64,000 nucleotides of DNA from NCBI GenBank assembly GCA_002269645.1, contig NIVC01000247.1:496001-560000 (forward strand). Direction: 5' to 3'. Under the pieces are notes generated by a model. That model was not told the DNA's origin. It did not search any database and worked only from the letters and a program-made list of their open reading frames with translations. Of the stretch, positions 37,548-49,500 are shown one piece after another (positions within the stretch are counted from its first letter, which is position 1; each line of letters begins with the position of its first letter). The translations under genes were made by a program, and so were the position numbers. The DNA comes from Macrostomum lignano (lineage: Eukaryota).

Positions 37548-40500
37548 ATGGCAACAGCATTCGAAACAGAAATGGGTGTTATGCCCGAACTATCCAAAGC
37601 TGTATCAGAGATGGACTGGATTCTTCCCACCGATATTCAAGGCGAGGCTGTGCCCCTGATTCTTGGCGGCGGCGATGTCCTTATGGCTGCTGAAACTGGC
37701 AGTGGCAAGACTGGCGCCTTCTGCCTGCCTGTGCTGCAGATTGTCTATGAGACACTTAAAGATGCTAGTGAAGGTGGGATTGAGCTGCATTTGCTTACTC
37801 TTAGCTAATCCACTCACCTAGTCTCTTAACCACTTCCCTGCGAATTCCTCTACCCACTTCCTCTACTTCCCTTTTTTTTTATTAGAGGCAGGGGGGTTGT
37901 GTGCACCCTGGCGCACTTTAAGCGACATAGGCGCACAACCGGCGAGAGGCATTACTGCCCATTCCGCCGACTCCCCTGAGCAGGCATACAAGCGCGCGGA
38001 TACGTACGCAGGCACACACTCACACAGGAGTGTACAGCGGCCCTAATTTTATATTATCGTTAGGCATGTACACTTCACTGCGCCTTGGGGGGTTGGCTCT
38101 CAAGGCCGTTAATTGCACGAGCAGAGCCAAGCCGAGATTCCAATTCAGCCCCAAATTAATGTGACTGCACTTGGAATCGAGCCTGGGTCGCTGGCACACC
38201 AGAGCAGCTGCGCTACCGCTGGGCTACGGCCCCCCTCTCTACTTCCCTACTCTACCCACTCTCTTCTACTCTCCTCTAGCCACTCTCCCCTACCCACTCT
38301 CCCCTACCCTACCCACTCCCCTACCCACTCTCCCCTACCTACTTTCCCCTACATACTCCCCTACCCTCCCCTAAATACTCCCTCTCCCCTACCCACCCTC
38401 CCCTACTGTCCCCTATCCACTCTCCCCTTCTACCCTACCAACCACCATACTCTACCTTACCTACTCTACTTCTACCCTACCCACTCTCCTCTACTCTACC
38501 CTGCCCACTCTACCCTACTCCCCCTACCCACTCTTTCCTATATATTCTGGCCTACGCACTCTCCTCTACTCTTACCTACGCACTCTTCTGACATAAGTGT
38601 TCTGTTGTTGAATTAACGAACGCAGAAACAAGATAGATAATTATCCGGGCGCTCAGTGGCACCAAAAGAGGGGGCTTGGCCAATAGGAGGGCGGCTCGTA
38701 TATTTATGCACGCGGGGAAGGAAAGTTCTAGAAAGACCGGGGAAGGAAACTTCTGGAACTATGCGTAAACAAGTCCGCGGTGGAAGTTTCTAGAAACGCT
38801 GTCCCCGAACTACCCCTACGCATCGCATGCCTTTGCAATACACAACAATAAGGACTTTGAATTGACCAAATTTACAAACATTCATTGCAGGCAAATCATC
38901 CAGCAAGTCTGCATCAGCCTCTGAAGCCGCCAATTCTAATACAGCCGCTGCCCAGAAGAAGCACTGGCGATTTAACATGCACGATCGTACTGAACAATTG
39001 GCTATCGATGCAGAGGGACTGCTGGTGCAGAGTCGGCACCAACGGGTTAGTGACTGAATGACTGAATGGGTTGCAAAATGGCTAGCGGGAGCAAAGCTTG
39101 GTTGTTATGCACACGTAGTTTGCCAATTTCAGGTTTTACACTAACGCGTTGTTAAGTTCCGTATCGAAGGGAAATACTTAGTTGCTATTCAAATTTTGAC
39201 TAGTCATTTTTGTTTAGGAACCGATGATTATCATCACGTATCCATGGTAAACAACTTGGTTGCTATGTTGATTTTGGCTAGTCATTTTTTGTTTAAGAAC
39301 CGATGATTAGCATCACGTATCCATGGTAAACAACTTGGTTGCTATACAAGCTTTTGGCTAGTCATTTTTTGTTTAGGAACCGATGATTAGCATCACGTAT
39401 CCATGGTAAACAACTTGGTTGCTATGTTGATTTTGGCTAGTCATTTTTTGTTTAGGAACCGATGATTAGCATCACGTATCCATGGTAAACAACTTGGTTG
39501 CTATGCAGACTTTCGATTAGTTATTTTTTATTTAGGAACCGATGATTAGCATCACGTATCTATGGTAAACAACTTGGTTGGTATACAAAGTTTTGACTAG
39601 TCATTTTTGTTTAGGAACCAATAATTAGCATCACGTATCCATGGTAAACAACTTGGTTGCTATGCAGATTTTTGCTGGTCATTTTTTGTTTACGAACCGA
39701 TAATTAGCATCACGTATTCATGATAAACAACTTCGTTGCTATGCTGATTTTTGCAAGTCATTTTTTGTTTAGGAACCGATAGTTAGCATCACGTATCCAT
39801 GGTAAACAACTTGGTTGCCATGCAGATTTTTGCTAGTATATTTTTTTGGGAACCGATGATTAGCATCACGTATCCGTAGTAAACAACTTGGTTGCTATGT
39901 AGGTTTTGGCTAGTCATTTTTTGTTTAGGAACCATGTGGATTTTGGCTAGTTGTTTTGGATGTATTAATGTATTATTAAAATGACGTATCCATAGTCAAC
40001 AACTTAGTTGCTATGTGCATTTTAGCTTGTCTATTTAAAGTTTTGAGTCATGTAACTATACAGGATTACTCAGTCGCTATGCTAAACAATGTCCCACAGG
40101 ACTGGCACGGCGCCAGAGCCGTAGCCGGGTTGAAATCCCGCGGCAAGTACTACTTCGAGGCCACGGTCACGGACGAAGGCTTGGCTAGGATTGGCTGGGC
40201 CACAGCGGCAGCCAAACTTGATCTTGGCACGGACGGCGAGGGCTACGGCTACGGCGGTACGGGAAAAAAGTCGCACCATAAACAGTTCGACACGTACGGC
40301 GAATCGTTCATTCTTAGCGACACAATTGGCTGCTTCATCGATTTGGACAAGGGCGAAATTGCATTTTCCAAGAATGGCAAACTGTTTGGCAAAGCGTTCG
40401 ACATCGATGCCGGGCATCGGAGCGCTGCGTTCTTTCCCTGCGTGTGCCTGAAGAATGCTGAGCTGCGGGTCAACTTTGGCCTTAGCGAGTTCAAGCATCC

Positions 40501-43500
40501 GCCGTCCAAGCCTTTTGTGGCCGTCTGCCAGGCTGCTAAGGACTGCGTAGCATTGGGACCAGTGAGACTATTGCATTTGTTAGCCTTTCTGCATTTCTAA
40601 CAGGTTCTATAGGGTGTTAATAGCAGGTTTACGTGTCTGTCTAACAGGTTTAGGTGTCTGTCTAATATAACAGATTTAGGTGTCTGTCTAACAGGTTTAG
40701 GTGTCTGTCTAACAGATTTAGGTGTCTGTCTAATATAACAGATTTAGGTGTCTGTCTAACAGGTTTAGGTGTCTGTCTAACAGATTTAGGTGTCTGTCTA
40801 AAATGTTTAGATCTGTCTAACAGATTTAGGTGTCTGTCTAACATGTTTAGATCTGTCTAACAGATTTAGGTGTCTGTCTAACAGATTTAGGTGTCTGTCT
40901 AACAGATTTAGGTGTCTGTCTAACAGATTTAGGTGTCTGTCTAACAGATTTAGGTGTCTGTCTAAAATGTTTAGATCTGTCTAACAGATTTAGGTGTCTG
41001 TCTAACATAACAGATTTAAGTGTCTGTCTAACAGGCTTAGGTGTCTAACAGATTTAGGTGTCTGTCTAACATATTTAGGTGTCTGTCTAACAAATTTAGG
41101 TGTCTGTTTAACAGATTTAGGTGTCTGTCTAACAGGTTTAGGTGTCTGTCTAACAGATTTAGGTGTCTGTCTAACAGGTTTAGTGTCTGTCTAATTGATT
41201 TAGTGTCTGTCTAATTGATTTAGTGTCTGTCTATCTGGTTTAGGTGTCTGTCTTAACAGGTTAGGTGTCTGTCTAAAAGGTTTATGTGTCTGTAAATATG
41301 TTCTAAAGAGCTTTCTAACAGGCTCAGGTGACTGTCTACAAAGTTTTTGTAGGATATGTTTGTCAAACGTGTTTATGGGCGCGGTGTCTCTTGAAGGTTT
41401 AAAAGGGGTCTGCCCAATATGTTTGTAAAAATTTGACTAACATGTTTTTAATGTGTCTAACTAACAACACATATCAACACATTGTGCAACAGACACAAAC
41501 CGCGTCTTTCAGATCGTTTTTAAACATTTTTTTAAATCTAGAAACAAGTAAAATTTTAATGATCTACATTTTTTCAGTCCTCCAGCTCTGGCAGCCAGTC
41601 CAGCTCGGCCTCTCCGCCAAAGAACGCGCCCTTGGCTATCATCATCGAGCCGTCCCGGGAGCTGGCCGAGCAGACCCTGGATCAGCTGCGCAAGTTCAAA
41701 CGCTACCTGACTAATCCTAGCCCTACTGAGCTGCTTATCATTGGCGGGCAGGCTGTCAAGGAGCAGCTGGACTCCCTGCGGCGCGGTGTGGACATTGTTG
41801 TGGCCACGCCAGGCAGGCTGAAGGACCTCATCGATCAGGGCGCGCTGTCTCTGCAGGCCTGCCGACTGTTTGTGCTGGACGAGTGCGACGGCCTGCTATC
41901 GGCTGGGTATGGAAGCCTGATTGATGGCATCCATAGGGCCATTCCTAAGGTGAGCGGCTTTGGGGCATTGTGAGGGAGTGCTGCTATCGGTTAGGGGTAG
42001 AAGGGGATCCTTCGTGTTGTTTAAGGCCAAAGTGGTCTAAAAGCGATTCTCAGTATCCTTCAGAGGCAATTCCCAATTTCCCGATAAAAACGGTACTCAA
42101 TCCAAGAAGAAAAAGCGTCCCAGAGTTACTTGCGTCGCCCCAGAACCGTTGCAGATTATACAGGTAAAATAAGAAAAAAAAGTGACTCTAAACGACAACG
42201 ACGATGAGAAGTCATGGTTCAAATCGTCACACAGTTGTCTAAGAATCGCCCAAAAGTCAGTTTGAGGCTCTGGGTTGACTCTCGTGGCCGTGGGGCGACT
42301 CTATAACGACTCTTTATTTAGTTTAGTTATAAATTCAGTCACTGAAAAGTTTCACACGAAGCACTTTTGAGGCATTGCAAATCGTTGGTGCTTTATCACT
42401 TCTCGAGACATTCTGGATGCGTTACAGCATTAAGGTCGTTGCTGCCGACTACAGTTAGCTGCAGTTATTGTTGGTTTGCATGGATTAAAAAATAAATAGA
42501 CACAGGAAAGATTAGTGGAAAAAACAGAAACAAATATAAAATCTATGCTTCAGATAATGATGTACGCGTACTATTGGTGACCGTCAATGACGAACAGAAA
42601 AAAAATCTGACGTGGCGGAAATCTTGAAATAATGACGCAAGAATGACGCAGTGTGTCCCACGAGAAAGAGACAAATATTAAGCGTGACGCAGCTAACCCT
42701 AACCCTAAACCTAACCATCCTGACATCAGCCTGTGCGCCTTAATAATGTCAGATATAGATAAATACATGTAGCCATACTGTGTATGCCATTTTCAATATT
42801 TATATATTCGGTTACCCAATCTTCCAATTGCTGTTATAGATGTTTGAAAAAGCTTTTTGACTAATATTGATTAACGATAATTAAGTCAACAATTGATAAT
42901 AAATTAAACCAATAACGATAATGAAACAATTTTGAAATTGAAATACTCTTCAATCAAATAGCCGATAGAGCGAGGCAACCGCTCTACGCCTAGAGACTTT
43001 TACGCCTTTTAATTGAAGGAATTATTTCAGAAAAAGCAGCACGCAGCAGAAATCAGCAGCTCAAAGCAAAAAACCGGGGCTTGGTTCAATTCTTAAGCAA
43101 AAACAGAAAGAGGGCAATGATGGGGCTAAATATTATGTAGCAAAAGCACAATAAAGGAAAAAAAGAAAAACGAAAGAATTGGTCGTGTTTGATGATCAAC
43201 TGCTTGATGTTGCCGAACTTAATCCACATTCTAGTAGGAGGTCTTTCGAAGAATTGTACGTGAATTTCCTGTCGACGAATCCGAATTCCTGAAACCGGGT
43301 CATTGCAGACCATAGCAGGCCAAAAAGGGTATGTAGAAAACTTAGCGTTGATTATGTCTCCGCACTCTAGTGTTCTACACATGTTTGTGTTGTAGACGGC
43401 TGCTGTTAAAATTCACCTCAGCAGATTGCTTTTTCTCTGCAGGTTCTGACGAATCGATCGGTGGAGGTTGGAACGAAGATGAGTGCCGTTTGTGCACAAC

Positions 43501-46500
43501 CTATTTTTCAGGTTTGCTTTGGACTGCTTTCTTTTTCTTTCCATCGTCCGAAGCATCGTGATTGACCTTCTTACGACAGGCAGGCCACGAGTTCATGGCT
43601 GGTGTGCAACTTGACGTCGGTGCATCAACACTGCCTTGGCCATCCGCTAGAGCGGTATCGAATGTTGATTCCAGCGCAGACTTCGCGGCTCGGGCATAAG
43701 TAGTTGTGTTCGCCATGTAAGACTTAACGGCAACAGCCCTTGTGTGGTTCATCGAATAGTTCACAAGATGTTGCTTCTCGGGGTCGTTTCCATTTAATTC
43801 ACGGTTTTTAGTCTCCAAAAAATAGCGAAAGCTGTTTGCGTTCAAGCGCTTAATAGTTTCGAATGCTAGATACTCGTACTTTAATCTCTTTTGTCGCAGA
43901 AGTGTCGAGAATGAGTGGTCTCTTGCGCCGAATAAAAAAAGATGATCATCAGGTTTGGTGCCAGATTTAAGTCTATGCTCACCATATGCAATAAGCAAAT
44001 CCTTAACTTCTTCGATAGAGATAAAAACCGGTCCTAACTCTCCTTTTTTATGCTTTAAAACTTTGAATAGCGCTCTTTCTTTACGGCACTCTTCCTCCTT
44101 CCAACAAGTGAATTCTTTCACTACGGCGTTTGAAACAACGTCGGCCCTGTTAAAGTGCTACGAGAACACATAAAATTGAGTCCTAGATAGAGAATTCTTT
44201 CCTCAAATTGATTATTGGCTTCAGCCGGAGGCTTCAACGCTTGTATGCAATCAAGAATGGAACGGATTTCTTCAACGGAGAGTATTTCCTCGTCCAATTT
44301 TATTCTGCGCAAAGTTTCTGCGCGTTTCTTATCCTGTAAACGAGACTTTCCGTAGCACGCACAAGTCACCTCAAACGAATCTAGCTCTGAAGTCATCTCG
44401 CTACGTTCAATGAGCTTTTTAAATCGGGACCGTAAGTAAGTGCCAAGGCGCACAAGCGCAGTGACGTAAGGCTTACAAGCGTCGGTGAAGGAATCGCTCT
44501 TCTCAGTTAAGAAGGATGAAAAAGCGCGACGATTGTCTTCCTTTATACTCGTAACATACTCGTAATAGGTCGTCCGTGCCGATGTGCCGCATACTAGCAG
44601 TTAAACTTCGACGAAGCTGCACAGATGTGCCAGCAGCTTTTTGTGTTCCTTCGTAACTTTTAAGATGCTCCTCGAAATCGTCGAGCGTTGGCACATTAGT
44701 AACAGTTTCATTAGATGCTAGTGCCTCAGGCTTAATTTTCTTAGCTGCGCTTGCTGCCCAAGATTGTTCGACAGTCTTCCTTTTCTCTTCCTTTAATACA
44801 TCAATCGCATCAGAAGCTGATAATTCGTGCCAAAATCGAAGGTGGCTCGAAAGATAAGACACTGGATTTTGGCACAGTGGACACAACTCATCTGTTGGCA
44901 AAGAAGCATTAGTCTTCTCAATTGCCAAACAAGTTTCATTAATGGGATTTTATGTACGCTCGTATAATTCCACAAAAAAGTGGCCACACAGTGAAATAAC
45001 AAAAATACATGGAAGTTACGAGAGCATATAGGCCAAAAAAAACTATGAATAGATACGTAAAGATGCCGAAATCGCGAGTAATTAGGAAGGAATCAATATA
45101 ACTATAGCTGGTGCACAAAAGGTACTTGTTATTCGTCCAGAGGCGGACAAGTAACGATGGCTTACACAAAAACATGCTGTCAATCGATAGCTCTTGGACA
45201 CTAAAATTTTGATGACAGAATTTTGCCAAGTTTTCATTAGCACTTCATTAGCATTTAACAATATAATCATTTAACTAATTAAGCACCATAAAATATAGAT
45301 ACATTTTGAATTAACTGTAGCGGAATATAAACAGTAAGTTGCATAAGAGGATAATTACAAACTCACTGCAACCACCCTGCGGAATTATAATGCACTTGTG
45401 CTTCAGCTGAACAATTTAACATACTGGGTTGAAGGTTTCAACCAATTATTCTCATTGTGAGAGACTTAATACCGGTATCGATTACGCCAAGTCGGCGCCC
45501 AGACTCTACTTGGCGGCTGTCGTAATATTTCAAAAATATTTTTTCACCCTACCATAAGTTAAGTAGAATGTTGAGGGTATGTAAGCTTTTTTACTTTGTG
45601 CTGTCACCCTATTTGAGTAACTAGTCTGCACTTGTCATGTTCGTGTAACGATAAATTTTATTTAGGTAAATCATAGGTATTTTTTAATAACTAGATATAT
45701 TTTAACACGGAAACTGAGGTATCTTGTGAATTTATTAAAGCCGCTACTAATAGTAATACTTTATTATGCCATATATTTAATTTGTCATAAAACTTACTGA
45801 AGGAATTTATATATTTTTATTATATTATAAAAGACTTTGTATTACCAGTGACAATAAAACACGTCAACATTGTTACTAAAAGTACAGCAAAGTAAAAAAT
45901 GAAAAATTGCGTAGCAAAGTGTGGTGCGTGGACTTCAAATTACGATGTTTAAAGATACCAAACATTTTCTGTGGTAAAAGCTCACAGACTATAGAACTAG
46001 AGCTGTTAATTAACGTAAAATTATTGAAGATTTGTAAGAAACTATTGGTAAAGTGACTTTTACTACACAAAGAAAAGATAAAGGTCTCTCTCTACTCTTG
46101 GGAGGCGGTTGATTGCACGCTGTTGAATCAGACATTTAGCCTAATTGACGTAAGCTGTAATAAATATAGGTCAGATGATAATTTGCACTCCAAAAAGGCA
46201 TAGAAGTTGGCCGTACTCTTCGAGGTAGTACTTGTCCTTATCCTTGCTCGTGCGCATGTCCCTTAGGAATTGATTTACACTAGCTTCAACTGATGACCAC
46301 GAGAAGTTTCGCTTTATCGAGAGCAAGTGAACTTTCAGCGCATCCTTGCCGTGACAAACTTTCTAGCCAATGAATTGGATCGTGTCTATTAATAGATTCC
46401 AAATCGACGGTCGTGCCATCGTGACACACCAACTCGGCAAGATAAACGGCGTGGATAACTTGCCGTTCCTTAGCAGCGACCAAGTCAGCCAGAAGGCGAT

Positions 46501-49500
46501 TGTCTTCTGGCCGCAACTTCATTTGACTCAGCTGACTGAAGTGCAGCCAGCATAGCTCTTTTGTGCACCATCGGGTTCTTGAAGGCAATCCTTGGGTGCT
46601 TTTCTGCCGTGGAACCTGCCAGTTCAGTTGACTGCGCCTGCGACGATTGTACTGCGAATCAAACGCTGCAGATAAGCTGTCATCGCTTAAACTAAGATTT
46701 GCGTCACAATCCACATTGTTTGCATCTTAACTATTAAGAATGATACAAAATCTGATGTAGTTTGCTGCTCAATAACTTCTGAAGCAGTTCTTTTAAACTG
46801 CAAATATTCCCGAAGGCGTTAAACTGTCATGTACAAAATGAAGGCAGAATCTGAAGGGCTGCACAATTCACCTCTAGTCAATTGGCGCACAAGAAATTGA
46901 TAAATAGAAAGGAAATCAGTTGTGACCTCCAGTAAAAGCGGTTTTTCTTTGCTAATTAAAAACTGCTTACATTGCTGGCACCCTTTGTTGACTGATTTGG
47001 TCAGGTAGCCTGCGACGTAGAACATTACGTTCAGAAAGCCTTGCTCATTTCTGCGCAAGGATGAGCATGGTTCATCAGAAATGATCATTATGAACGAGAG
47101 AGTATTGTTGGGCGATAAACTTCACAAATTTAAGGTCAGAATCTTCGGCAATGGATTCAAGATAGCAACTTAAAACTTATTTGACAAATAAAGGTAAAGC
47201 GGCCGAATCGTTAGTTTATCAACATAAGACTTAGCAATGCCAACATGTTTTCCAAAGTTCACAGCTGTCGCAAATGCGATAAATCCTTTTGATTTGGAAA
47301 CAGTTGACTGAACTGCACAGGACTATGAGCTGGGGAAGCAAGTCCAAACATAGACGCCTGAAAGGTGAGATCCCTAAGCACAATGACTGAGGCAAGAAGC
47401 TGATGAGCTGAATTGAATTGTGAGACGGACCTCTTGATTCGGTAGAATAAAATAGATTCATCGTCCGTGCTTCTCACAAATCCTGATAAAAGCATAGAAC
47501 TTTCAACCTTCATTAGAGCATCCTCAAAATCATGCAATTCATCGTTTCCAAGGAATTCGTCAGTGCACTGGTTTGAGCCTGGACACAGCTTTAGCTTTGA
47601 ACAGCTGGAACAGCTTTAGCTTTGAGTCGAATCAGCTGCATTTTCGAATTCAAAGCGGCAAGTTTTCGCTTCCCATCCGATGAAAGAGTCACAAAATCAG
47701 ATTCCGTAAAATTTTTGATGCACAGAATCTGATGCACTTAGATTTCTGTTCGGAATGGCATGTAGCCATCGCTGCAGCAAAGAAGGGTCCTTTGGAAAAG
47801 AATAGAAGCTTATTTTCTTATCTCTTGGTGTCGCATTTGCATAGCTGGAAATTACAGTCAATAACACAGCATTTGAAAATTTTATTTTTTTGTTACTCTA
47901 AACTTTGTTGAAGATATATAAATGAGCTGCAACAAAGGGACAAGGGAAAAGGCACATGTACTTGCATTGTTCAACTCTAGAGCCAGAGTACGCACTATTG
48001 TGTACATAATGTACATTAAGCGTCCTTAATTCATTGTTTTCCTCTTCAAAATCATTTTATTCTCACCGTCCTCTCTGCCCCGGCTCTTCTGATCTTTCGA
48101 AAAAAGGACGTTGGGCAAGTCATACTAGTATTCTTTGCAAGAAACATTGGCCTGGTCCAGACAGGCCTGAATCGGGAAGTATTACTTCCATATGTAGAGT
48201 ATTCCCTGTCTGGGCCCCAGCTAGCCAGGCGTGCAGTGACATGGAAGATACACGTACAGATAGTGCACACATAGCTTGGGGGAGCGTTCAGAGGAGATTG
48301 ACTCCACAGAGAAAGAAGTAAGACTAGACTGCCCAGCCAACCCCCTCCGCGGACGGTACGATCCCTCCGTGAAAAATCCGGTATTTAAAGCTCTTGAAAT
48401 CTTTTTTCGAGAGATTATTTCCAATCAATCATTTTAAAGCTTGCTTGTACAGTTATAGTATGAGTTAAACTTACTAGGCATCCACTGAAATAGGCTGAAC
48501 TTCAGGTAGAAAAATATTTCTGTCCTTAGGAGCTTTTGCCTCGTCCCTAATTTGCTTCTTGTGCATGGAAGGTCTTTCGCCACACATTCGAATCCGCATG
48601 TAAAGCAGCGCCATGCTGCGAATCAAATGCAGCTCGTGGGATTCAATGCCAATGCTGGCAGCCGCGGAATACAAGTCAAGTTCGGGAAATGCATCAGCTG
48701 ATATGCATCGGCTACCACATTGCAGTAGTAAAAGGCTGTGCCATCGTCTTAGCTGCGTCGCTGATATAGTTCTTGTAAAGCTTGATCACAAAATCCAGGA
48801 ATGCATTTAGCGTTTGAAATCCGCTTTTGAAGTTAAAGAAGGCCTGGTTGGCTGCCCCGAGACGTCTGGCCGCTCGACAACCGGGGCTTTCGGGATAGTG
48901 CTAGCTGAAGTATCTCGCTCAGGCGCAGGCGGCGGGCTCAGCGGGCGCGCCACCGCCTGTGGTAGAGGCCTGAGCGGCTCTAGTTTTCCGCCATGGTCGG
49001 CAGACCACCGGTCGCCTGGTGGCCTGGCGCAGGGACAGGCGGGCCTCCTCCTCGGCCTCGGCCTACTCCTCCGGCTGCGCCGCCTGGGCCGGGTGGCGGC
49101 TGCGGTGCTGCGGCTGGGGCTGCTGGCTGTGCGGCAGGCTGGGCAGCTGGCTGGGCAGCCGCCTGGGCAGCCGGGCGGGCAGCCGCGGCGGCTCCGCCTT
49201 GCGCAGCGAGCTGCGCCTGTACCTGTGCGAGGAGTGGGCCCAACGCAGCCAGGTCCACCTGTGGGGCGGCGCCTCCTATGGCTGCGCTAGCCCTTGGCCC
49301 TGCGCGGCGGCGCCAGTGGCCAGGACATTATCGACCATGGTGTTATACTCCGCACGGTCCATTGGCTGAGCTCCGGCAGCCTCGGCAAATGCTGCGTACT
49401 CTCCGTATGGCACAGGCCTGATGTTGTCGGCGCTGTCTAGCCACTGCTGGATCGCAGTGCCGGTCCGGGCCATTGACGTCCTGTAGCTGATCAGTAGGTG

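Noticed and set aside
42690-42720. CTAACCCTAACCCTAAACCTAACC telomere-like or Helentron-like motif (similar reverse motifs near 6190 and 41990)
   Set aside because: It is too short, and I could not establish an associated hairpin or terminus to call an element.
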